Assembly: GCA_963837175.1 (NCBI GenBank) | Contig: CAWIMJ010000052.1 | Location: 1 to 64,000, forward strand | Direction of reading: 5' to 3' | Length of the DNA stretch: 64,000 bases | Origin: an uncultured Nitrososphaeraceae archaeon | GTDB lineage: Archaea; Thermoproteota; Nitrososphaeria; Nitrososphaerales; Nitrososphaeraceae | Shown: piece after piece, positions 45,023-53,815 of the stretch | How positions within the stretch are numbered: position 1 is the stretch's first letter | Layout of the letters: each line of letters begins with the position of its first letter | Position numbers and translations under genes: made by a program | Notes under the pieces: generated by a model | Told to the model about the DNA's origin: nothing | The model's input: only the letters and a program-made list of their open reading frames with translations | The model's database searches: none

Positions 45023-45946
45023 ATGGTCTCTATCATGAAAAATAAAAATGAAGTAATGGTGATATTCAAAGGAATAAAGTATGGAGCTTTTGCTGGTTTT
45101 ATCGCAACTTGGTCTATATCTTCATTGATTGCAATAATCGAACTGTTAGTAGGATTGAAAATATCTACATTTTATTCGATTATGGGCATTAGCTTAGGGG
45201 TGAATAATGTTGCCACTGCCGCATATGCAGGTTTTGGTCTTCATCTACTAACTGGGACAATTTTAGGAGCGGTGCTTGGTGCCATTGGGATTAGATGGAA
45301 AAAGGTGCGTATGCTCAATCCGTATAAGAGTTCATTGGTTGGTGTGGGCGTGGGTATAGTAATCTGGTTAGTATTATTTCTACCAATAACCGCATTGTTA
45401 GTCGAACCAGCTATTCATCGTATAACTATTATGTTAGCCATAGAATCACAGCATAGAGTATTAGCTGAAAACATAAACCAGTCTATTACAACTATTGCAA
45501 TAAGTGCAATTGCATTTCACTTAGTATGGGGAGCAATATTCGGCTTTATAACCAGCTCTTTGCTAAGGATTAGGGTTTTTAAAATAAAGCAACACTATAA
45601 AGATATTGTAAATATTGATCCAAATATAAGGTTGGTTACTATTTGTGATGCAGAAGGCAAAATGATGTACTCTCGTCATCGTCAAGGTGTAAAGAATTTG
45701 CTTAGCTCAGAAGAAAGTAAAGAATCACTTGAGATGGCTATGACTGGATGGAAAATACGCAGCAAACTTGCACCAAAGATTGGAAAAGGAAAATATGTAT
45801 TGGCTGAATATGAAAAGATTAAACGCATCACTATGCCATTTGGGGATGACCTTCTTCTTTATTTAACATCAGAACCACAAGCTGATCATTCAAATATAAT
45901 CAATAGAATTCGTAAGTTAGAGGCAGGACTAAAGTATTCTGATTAG
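45023..45946 (+). CDS. Multi-TM membrane protein fused to a C-terminal roadblock-like (DUF6659-type) domain
   Basis: TM helices including HLLTG and HLVWG, then DPNIRLVTICDAEG...IGKGKYVLAEYEKIKRIT. Confidence 0.8.
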   Translation: MVSIMKNKNEVMVIFKGIKYGAFAGFIATWSISSLIAIIELLVGLKISTFYSIMGISLGVNNVATAAYAGFGLHLLTGTILGAVLGAIGIRWKKVRMLNPYKSSLVGVGVGIVIWLVLFLPITALLVEPAIHRITIMLAIESQHRVLAENINQSITTIAISAIAFHLVWGAIFGFITSSLLRIRVFKIKQHYKDIVNIDPNIRLVTICDAEGKMMYSRHRQGVKNLLSSEESKESLEMAMTGWKIRSKLAPKIGKGKYVLAEYEKIKRITMPFGDDLLLYLTSEPQADHSNIINRIRKLEAGLKYSD

Positions 45947-46094
45947 ACCGTATAAGGGCTTTTACTCACTTCAGAAGTATTATTTTTGAAAGTCTAGTAT
46001 TTCTTTAACTTTTTTAAACTCAGAATCTCAGAATAGAGTAATGCTCAATGAGTAATTGATTATTCCTGCACTTAAAGAGTTGTATGGTAAACCA

Positions 46095-46330
46095 AATGAA
46101 GATAGAGACAATAAAGAAAATGTCGTTGCCAAGAAAATTATGCAGACTAACGATTGAATATCTAAAAAAAACAAACTTCTATGCAACCCTAAATTAGGTG
46201 GCAAGGATTTACTGAAGAAATATATTCATCCTTTAATTAACCAAAAAATAATAAACCAAACTATCAGTAAATAAGATATTAGGCAAAATATCTATTTTCC
46301 AGCAGAGAAATGGAGATAGACATTATCTGC
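46095..46330 (+). pseudogene. Degenerate protein fragment, possibly derived from an integrated element
   Basis: DNKENVVAKKLCRLTIEYL...KLGG...IHPLINQ...DIRQNIYFP, broken by frameshifts. Family recognised from recall only. Confidence 0.35.
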
Positions 46331-46667
46331 AATTATTTTTTATGAAAGACTAACTACATTCGGAATATTTTTTTTATAATGAAAGGGATTTTCACAACTA
46401 TAGAAGTTTCTGCATCTAATAGATTGGTGTTGGCTTAATGAAATGAGTATTCTATTGTTTCAGGTAAGATCGTAAAATACATATATTAGCAGAACAGGAA
46501 ATGAGAGATCAAAAACGGCTATCATAGTATCTAGGTTCGCACGATACACATTATTTATAAGACCATTTATAAATTATAATATATTAATTTTTTCTATTAA
46601 GGCATAATATTAATTTTTTTATTTGTATATTTTTTATTTATAAGGATAATATTACTTAATTAAAACA

Positions 46668-47120
46668 ATGGCCTTGGATGAAATAGATACAAAAATACTA
46701 AAAAAGATGCTAAAGGATGCTCGAATGTCTTATCGAAAAATAGCTGATGAAATAAATGTCTCTCCTCCTACTGTTCTTAGTAGAGTACAGAAATTAGAGA
46801 AAGAGCACATTATCAAATCCTATTCTGCAATAGTTGATCATCAAAAACTAGGTTATGATCTTACAGCAATCATAGAAGTTACAGCTGTTAAGGGAAAGAT
46901 AACAGATGTAGAAAAGCATATATCAAAATTTCCAAACGTTTGTGCTGTTTATGATATAACTGGATTAACAGATATGTTAATAATTGCAAAATTCAAAAAT
47001 CGAAAAGAACTTAGTGACTTTGTAAAAAAGGATCTATCATTACCATATATTGATAGAACTAATACCCATGTAGTATTAATAACTGTGAAAGAAGATTTCA
47101 GCTTTATAGATAATTATTGA
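46668..47120 (+). CDS. Lrp/AsnC family transcriptional regulator
   Basis: LDEID..IL..L.KDARMSYRKIA..HTH, LGYDL, YDITG..D, RTNT. Confidence 0.95.
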   Translation: MALDEIDTKILKKMLKDARMSYRKIADEINVSPPTVLSRVQKLEKEHIIKSYSAIVDHQKLGYDLTAIIEVTAVKGKITDVEKHISKFPNVCAVYDITGLTDMLIIAKFKNRKELSDFVKKDLSLPYIDRTNTHVVLITVKEDFSFIDNY

Positions 47121-47385
47121 GGAAATGTATATGCATATGCCATTTTTAAAAAAGAAGCAAAAGCGTACTATTATCTTATTCAGCATAGGAAGTTTGGTTT
47201 AATATTATAATATTAACATATGTTATTATTGTAGAACAAAATACGTGTTTACAATTGATAAACAAACTCTTGATAGTAGGTGATGGTACTTAACGAATAT
47301 TAACTGATTCTCTATTAATCATTACAATTGTTTAGTTTTATCACAAAGAACTTTATATAAGACAAATTATATACCCATTAGTAAT

Positions 47386-47559
47386 ATGTTAGAAAATCTG
47401 AACCTAGTCGTATATGTAGCACTTGGATTTGCAATTAGCTATCTAGCTCTTGAAGGAGCATGGCATCTTACAGCCTGCAGAATCAAAGATAAGTCAATAC
47501 CACCATGTATATTTAAGCAAGTGAAAACTCGGTTTATCACCAGCAACAGGTTGGTATAG
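47386..47559 (+). CDS. 57-aa single-TM micro-protein with two conserved Cys (copy 2, not in ORF track)
   Basis: MLENLNLVVYVALGFAISYLALEGAWHLTACRIKDKSIPPCIFKQVKTRFITSNRLV, with TTTATATAA at 47352. Confidence 0.85.
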   Translation: MLENLNLVVYVALGFAISYLALEGAWHLTACRIKDKSIPPCIFKQVKTRFITSNRLV

Positions 47560-47586
47560 ATAAATAAAGAAGGTTGATTTTATAGA

Positions 47587-47748
47587 ATGTCCAGCGCCAA
47601 TAGAAAAAGACTGAAAAATCCAAGAATTGATTCATCATTAGAAGCAAATTCTAAACTATACGATAAATCATCTTCCTCTTCTGTAAATATGGTAGAAACA
47701 AATCGAATAATCATGAGAGATGGCTTTCAATATTTTGAAATAGAATAA
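47587..47748 (+). CDS. 53-aa hypothetical micro-protein (not in ORF track)
   Basis: MSSANRKRLKNPRIDSSLEANSKLYDKSSSSSVNMVETNRIIMRDGFQYFEIE, with SD-like AGGTTGA upstream. Confidence 0.55.
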   Translation: MSSANRKRLKNPRIDSSLEANSKLYDKSSSSSVNMVETNRIIMRDGFQYFEIE

Positions 47749-47800
47749 TAACTAATATTATAAAATATCTCAAAATGCGAATTGGAATAGCATATACAAA

Positions 47801-48016
47801 ATGTCATGCAAAAATATTTGTATAGAGTATAGAGTTAAAAAGTCATACCAGAGCGGCTATTATGAAGATGGCCTCAAATGGTGTTCATACTGTGAGGTTT
47901 TTATAAGATGTAGTAGTGCAAGGTGTCCATGTTGTGGAGTAAGTTTAAGAATAAAATCCCACGATGCAAAAGTAAGAAGGAAACTAAAACACAGAAGTTT
48001 ATTGGTTGACTTATAG
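47801..48016 (+). CDS. Cys-rich zinc-finger small protein
   Basis: MSCKNIC...Y..GLKWCSYCEVFI...RCPCCGVSLR. Confidence 0.8.
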   Translation: MSCKNICIEYRVKKSYQSGYYEDGLKWCSYCEVFIRCSSARCPCCGVSLRIKSHDAKVRRKLKHRSLLVDL

Positions 48017-48139
48017 ATATAAAAATAGAATTATATTATATTAAATTCAGTTAGGCGCTTTATTCATTCTCCTTATGACTCATGAATCATCATTTAAATA
48101 TGATCTTTTCTATTTTTTATAATATAAACACACATACTA

Positions 48140-50152
48140 ATGTCAAAAGGATCTATTAACCCAAACTTTAGAACAGAGCCAAAAGATTACTCTAAAGTAG
48201 AGTTTGTAAAGATCAGTTCTAATGGCTTACGAGGAAACCTATACAAGGAATTTAGAGATCTAAAGTCAGAAAACATATCATGGGAGTCAGAGCAAATAGC
48301 AAAATCTCATGGCATCTATTTGGAATATAATAGAGCCAAGACTGGAACGGAAAAAGACTGGATGTATATGATACGAATTAGTATACCTGGCGGGGGACCA
48401 ATAACAGCTGAACAGTGGAATATATTAGATAAAATAGCTGATAAATATACAATTGGACCCCAAGATGTACACCCTTATTCACGTCCTTCCTTAAGGATAA
48501 CAACTAGACAAAATATACAATTACATTGGGTTAGAAAAAAAGATGTAGTTAATGTAATAAGAGAAGTAGCAGAATCAGGATTTTTTACTATTAATGGCTG
48601 CGGAGATAATACAAGAAATGTAGTTGGCTGTCCGCTATCATATTATTCAAAAATTTTTAATGCTACGCAATGGGCCCAAAAAGCTGGTAAATACTTTGCT
48701 CTTCCCACCAGTGCCTTTATAGAAGTATTTGAGATAGACAGAAAATATCTAAGAAAGACTGAGCTAGAAAAAAGAAAGATAGGAATAAGTCAATTTGATT
48801 ATGGTGAAAATCAGCTTAACAGAAAATTTAAGATTGCTTTTTCGGCAATTCATTATAATAAAGAAAAGGGAAAATATATTCCTGATAATTGTGTGGAACT
48901 ATTAACAAACGATATTGGTGTTGCTCCAATTATCGAAGATAGCGATGACGATAAGAAGCAGCAGAAGAGTAGTAATATTGATGTTGATGGTAATTATTTT
49001 AATGATGAGAAAAATAAAAATAAACCATTAATAAACAAGTTTCAGGTTTACATTGGTGGAGGTCAAGGCCAACAAGCTGGAAAACCAACTATTTCTACAC
49101 TTGGAGAACCTTTTGGTATATTTACAGAAGATAATCTGTTGAAAGGGCTTGATGCCATATTAAGAGTACATAAAGAATGGGGAGACAGACAAAATAGACA
49201 TTGGGCTAGATTAAAATATGTAATGAAAGTAAAAGGAATTGAATGGTTTAGGGCACAAGTTAGAAAGATTGATAGTAGTTTGGATTTTGAACTTCCTATA
49301 CAAAGTCATGATTATGGAAGCAGAGATCTGCATCTGGGCTGGATAAAACAACCTGATAATAATGATAATAATAACCGGAGAAGATGGTGTTTTGGTGCAT
49401 TTATAGAGAATGGTAGAATAATAGATGGAAGTCCCAATGGCAACCTTAAAAGCATGATAAAATATCTTATGAATAAATATACAGATGTAAAACTTTTTAC
49501 TACTCCTAATCAGCATCTGCTCTTTTCTAATATTACTGATGAACTAAAAGAACAGTTTGAAGAGGATATGAAAACAATCTTTGGATATGGAGTATTATGT
49601 AAAAACAACAACGGCAAAATAAGATCATCATCATCTCATCCATATTCAAAATTAAGAATGCTATCTGGAGCCTGTGTTGGAAGAGATACATGCAGGCTAA
49701 CCTATACTGATTCTGAAAAATTTGAACCATATCTTATTGACGAATTAGAAAAGAAATGGGGAAGCATCCATGAATCTATAGGTATCACAGGTTGTGAAAA
49801 ACAATGTTATCGACCTGCAACAAAGACAATTGGGTGGATTGGCACTGGTTTTAATCTATATCAACTAACACTCATGGGAACAGAGGATGGAAGACATCAA
49901 GGAACACCATTAATTGATCCTGATTCCAAAGAAGAATACCTTCACTTTGTACCTAGAAAGTATGTTGCAACAGTTACAGATGCATTATTTGAATATTATA
50001 TAAAAAATTGTTCCACGATAAATGAAGAATGTGAACCTGGAAAAATGGGGTACTTTATGAGAAGAGTTGGTCCACAAGAAATTATTTTATATCTAAAGTC
50101 AAATCCTATGACTGCAGAGTTGATGAAAAAAAGTTTCAGAACTTCGTTGTAA
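48140..50152 (+). CDS. Ferredoxin-dependent sulfite/nitrite reductase (siroheme, 4Fe-4S)
   Basis: HGIY, RITTRQNIQLH, GCGDNTRNV, RKFKI, ARLKY, ACVG..TC and GITGCEKQC cluster/siroheme ligands. Confidence 0.92.
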   Translation: MSKGSINPNFRTEPKDYSKVEFVKISSNGLRGNLYKEFRDLKSENISWESEQIAKSHGIYLEYNRAKTGTEKDWMYMIRISIPGGGPITAEQWNILDKIADKYTIGPQDVHPYSRPSLRITTRQNIQLHWVRKKDVVNVIREVAESGFFTINGCGDNTRNVVGCPLSYYSKIFNATQWAQKAGKYFALPTSAFIEVFEIDRKYLRKTELEKRKIGISQFDYGENQLNRKFKIAFSAIHYNKEKGKYIPDNCVELLTNDIGVAPIIEDSDDDKKQQKSSNIDVDGNYFNDEKNKNKPLINKFQVYIGGGQGQQAGKPTISTLGEPFGIFTEDNLLKGLDAILRVHKEWGDRQNRHWARLKYVMKVKGIEWFRAQVRKIDSSLDFELPIQSHDYGSRDLHLGWIKQPDNNDNNNRRRWCFGAFIENGRIIDGSPNGNLKSMIKYLMNKYTDVKLFTTPNQHLLFSNITDELKEQFEEDMKTIFGYGVLCKNNNGKIRSSSSHPYSKLRMLSGACVGRDTCRLTYTDSEKFEPYLIDELEKKWGSIHESIGITGCEKQCYRPATKTIGWIGTGFNLYQLTLMGTEDGRHQGTPLIDPDSKEEYLHFVPRKYVATVTDALFEYYIKNCSTINEECEPGKMGYFMRRVGPQEIILYLKSNPMTAELMKKSFRTSL

Positions 50153-50190
50153 TTAGAAAACTATGTATAAAAGAGAAAAATGTGAATCAG

Positions 50191-50213
50191 GGCGGAATGG
50201 CAGAGGAGTTATG
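50191..50213 (+). other. tRNA-like 5' fragment (acceptor strand and D-arm; tRNA-Cys-like)
   Basis: GGCGGAA-TG-GCAGAGGAGTTATG with a TATAAAA box about 25 bp upstream. No anticodon arm, T-arm or TTCCGCC found downstream. Confidence 0.45.
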
Positions 50214-50916
50214 TCCTGCCTCTAGGTCTCCCATTCGTATCTCTCATCACTAGTCTGAACAGGTTTATTGATCAAGCTTTTCAAGCTTATCCAATCCATT
50301 CATTTACCTGTTCTGATGAGGATAATAGTGAAAATGTCATAATGAACATCTGTCTTCACAAAGATATTTAGTGGTTACAAATAGTTTTGATAAAACTATA
50401 GGAAATAATAGCAGTTTATAATCTCAGTTTAATCTTTTTTTAGACATTACATTTGTAGACCTACTGTTTTGACCATCATCAATTTTTGTTTGGTTTTACA
50501 ACTGTCGTATATGATGATATTTTGTTAAGATCTCCCTAATTTTTAACTTTGTTAGCTGCGGCATTAGCTGCAGTGTTAATCATCTCAGCTGAACCTTCCA
50601 TCTCTTTTTCTACATCACTCTTTGTTGTATCTGTTTCATATTTACTTACTTCTTGTTATTATTCTTCTCTACCTCACGTCTTCCACCATGAAAACTTGAA
50701 GACTCATATTACTTTTAGACATATTCTACCCAAAATTCTCATAAGCTTTCTTTTCAATTTGCCTTGTTGGATTAATTCTTCTTTATGCATTCCCTCTTTA
50801 AAAGTATAATTTGATATCTTATAAACTCATGATATGTGATTTGGCATAAAATAAGTGGCAGTATGTCAAATCCAAACAGCCTTGTTATTATTTTTAACAA
50901 ACTCCCTAAGATATTA

Positions 50917-51040
50917 TGGTATGAGCAGTCTTTAGATCCAAGGATTTAAGGAGAGATTATAGATAGGTCATAGAAAAAGCAGTAAAGGATTTCAGTCTAG
51001 ATACTAAAGTTAATATCATCAAATTGCTGGATTCTTTGGA
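50917..51040 (+). pseudogene. Degenerate paralog of 19473-19763
   Basis: AVFRSKDLRRDYR*VIEKAVKDFSLDTKVNIIKLLDS versus AVFRPKDLRRDYNKKILENAIKDLSPDTKDNVIKLLDS. Confidence 0.75.
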
Positions 51041-51396
51041 AGGCAGATACACTGACAAATATTGTATTGTTGAGTTCAATATCCTTATTACATGACTTTG
51101 ATATTGCAAAAATGGTAATTGAAGGCATCCAGGTCTATACTGAAGAACAACATCTTAATGGAGCTATTGATCATATCAAAGAATTAAAGTCAGAGTTAGA
51201 GTCGACAATACTTAGATTGGGTACGAGATTAAAGTAAGATCGAAGAAAAGATAGTAAGTAATAAATTAATGATCATAAGATATGAAGAAAAACGCTGGAT
51301 GATATTTCAAAGCTAATTTTACTAATGCAGGAGGCAATTTCACTAATACAACTAGTTAAGCATCATACTTAATAATGTCCTATATTATTAGATTTT

Positions 51397-52713
51397 ATGC
51401 CTATAAATCCACCGCAAGAAAGCAACTCCAATTCCGACAGGAAAATCTCACGTCGCAATTTTTTAAAGTTTATCGGTGCTACCGGCGCTATATTCACTTT
51501 ATCTTCTCTAGCACCTTCAGCTAAAGCCTTTGCTTCTGGAGCAAATACGACATATACCAACAGTAGTCAAATAAGCGCTTCCACTCAGCCAAAAGAAATG
51601 GCTTCACCTCATGTATTTAATCTTGATACGGCCATCCCTCAAATTTCCAATATTAAGGGTGGAAGTAGAACTATAGCAAACGCTGATAACTTCCCAATAT
51701 TTAATGGCAGTGGCATGGCAACATATCTACTGCGTCTTAAAAAGGGCGGTGTATATGAACCGCACTGGCATCCTAATGCCTCTGAATTAAGCTATTGTAT
51801 AAATGGTAGAGCAATAATGACTATATTTAGTCCTAATGCAGGTTATGATTCATTTACAATAGATCCTGGAGAATTAGTTTTTGTTCCCCGAGGCTATATA
51901 CACGACATTGAGAATACCAGTGATCAAGAAGCAAAATTTGTTACTGCATTCAATTACGAACAGCCTCAAGAGATTGGCATATCCGGATCGGTTGGCTCCA
52001 TGCCTGATCGTGTTTTGAATGGAACCTTTGGAATTAAACCACCCACACCTGCATTTTTTAATGGATTTAACAATAAATCTCCTAAAGATCTCGTAATAGG
52101 ATCCAAACCAGCTAACCTGCCAGAACCTTCTGCTGTTAATAGCGTGACAAGAATTACAAATCCTCATAAATTTAATCTTGAGGGTATTCCTCCACAGGTT
52201 CAAACTGCTGGAGGTACAGTTGCTCTAGGAAATGCCAATACTTTTCCTATACTTAATGGATTGGCATGTTACTCGCTACGTTTGAAGCCCAATGGTATTA
52301 GAGAACCGCACTGGCATCCTAATGCTTCTGAATTGGATTATGTAATTGAGGGAAGAGCACGGATGACAATATTAAGTCCTGGTGGTAGTGTAGACACGTT
52401 TGATGTTAGTCCAGGTCAAATTGTTTTCATTCCTCCTGCATATTTTCACTATATAGAAAATCCTGATAGCATTAATAATATGCATTTTGCAGTTTTCTTT
52501 GGCCATGAAAGGCCAGAAGACATAGGTATTTCAGGAGCACTTAGTGCATATTCTAATGAGGTATTGGCTGCTGTCTTTAACTTGGATCCTATTCTCTTTG
52601 ATAAACTTCCTAAATTAGAAGCGGATGTTTTTGTCGTAACAGGAGGCAGCATAGAAGTAATTATATTAATGTATAAGGGATACAAAAATGATAGAAAACT
52701 GTGTAAAGCCTGA
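51397..52713 (+). CDS. Tat-exported bicupin (oxalate decarboxylase family)
   Basis: SRRNFLK twin-arginine signal and AKA site. Two cupin domains, each EPHWHPNASEL...H.IEN. Confidence 0.9.
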   Translation: MPINPPQESNSNSDRKISRRNFLKFIGATGAIFTLSSLAPSAKAFASGANTTYTNSSQISASTQPKEMASPHVFNLDTAIPQISNIKGGSRTIANADNFPIFNGSGMATYLLRLKKGGVYEPHWHPNASELSYCINGRAIMTIFSPNAGYDSFTIDPGELVFVPRGYIHDIENTSDQEAKFVTAFNYEQPQEIGISGSVGSMPDRVLNGTFGIKPPTPAFFNGFNNKSPKDLVIGSKPANLPEPSAVNSVTRITNPHKFNLEGIPPQVQTAGGTVALGNANTFPILNGLACYSLRLKPNGIREPHWHPNASELDYVIEGRARMTILSPGGSVDTFDVSPGQIVFIPPAYFHYIENPDSINNMHFAVFFGHERPEDIGISGALSAYSNEVLAAVFNLDPILFDKLPKLEADVFVVTGGSIEVIILMYKGYKNDRKLCKA

Positions 52714-52856
52714 TGCAGATAATATGCAGTTTAACTATAGATCTCCAGCTAAATACGGAAGAAAGTCAAATGAGAGCTTGAATACTAATGGTTTCAGTGA
52801 TCATTTTCATATATCATTAATCATAGAGGAAAAATTAATCAAAATATCGATCCTAT

Positions 52857-53441
52857 ATGTCTGGATACAATAATAATAATAGCTTTTCATTGGTAACAAT
52901 TTCTGTAATGGCAATAATAATAATAATAATAATCTGCCCATTAATTCTATTATCATTTCCTTCTTTATTATATCATAATACCACTTCCACATTAGCAACG
53001 GTTTATGGACAAAGTAGTAATGACTCAAGTCTCCTTGCAATAATTCATGGTGGTGGTACTGGTTCTATCACCTGTCCTGATGGCTCTTCAAAACAGGCCG
53101 TTATATCTTTTGTTGTATCGGAAAATAGTACTAATGGAAAGGCACCAACAGCCAATTGGAATATTAATGAACTATCTTCTAACCAAAATCCCACTCCTGG
53201 ATTTGTTAGTGGATCTTTTAATTCAGTAAATTTAGATTCAGCTAGATATAAAATTACAGGTCAAAAAATCACTGAAATAGACTTTTGTCAACCACCAGTA
53301 TCTGTGCCTATTACCCTCAGCGGATCATGTGGTCAAAATATAGCTATAAATGTACAGTTCGAATCGAATAATCCTATTTTGATGACAGGAGGATCTTTTA
53401 CTGGAGATGTGACATGTTCGCAAAAAATGATAAATAAATAA
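52857..53441 (+). CDS. Secreted or membrane-anchored beta-rich protein with four extracellular Cys
   Basis: Hydrophobic N-terminus, GGGTGSITCPDG and FTGDVTC. Confidence 0.7.
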   Translation: MSGYNNNNSFSLVTISVMAIIIIIIICPLILLSFPSLLYHNTTSTLATVYGQSSNDSSLLAIIHGGGTGSITCPDGSSKQAVISFVVSENSTNGKAPTANWNINELSSNQNPTPGFVSGSFNSVNLDSARYKITGQKITEIDFCQPPVSVPITLSGSCGQNIAINVQFESNNPILMTGGSFTGDVTCSQKMINK

Positions 53442-53815
53442 AGAAATAAATTATTCTAAGGTTTGTTCACTCCATTTCTAGTAGGTTCAAATGGCAGGGG
53501 AAATAAGTGAATTTACGTCAATAATCACCTTAAATATAGGTGAGGAACTATTCTTCTAATTGTAAGTCTCCTGTGACAAATACTGTAACAATTGTAACCA
53601 TCATGGAAGATAATGAAGTATCATATAGCTAAGGACAAGGCTTAATAATTATAAAAGATGTGAAATGAAAACTTGGACTGCACAGGTAATAGGAAATGTT
53701 ACTGAGAAAAGGAACGTAGCATTATGAGGAGTTTGGGTTTTATAGCCCAAATCCCACTTTAAACTAGACTTCGATCTCAATTGGAACTTGCGTCTTAATG
53801 AGCTAGGCTCAGTAA

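Noticed and set aside
50549-50809. 86-aa plus-strand ORF
   Set aside because: No promoter or motif; the opposite strand looks more like a decayed hydrophilic protein.
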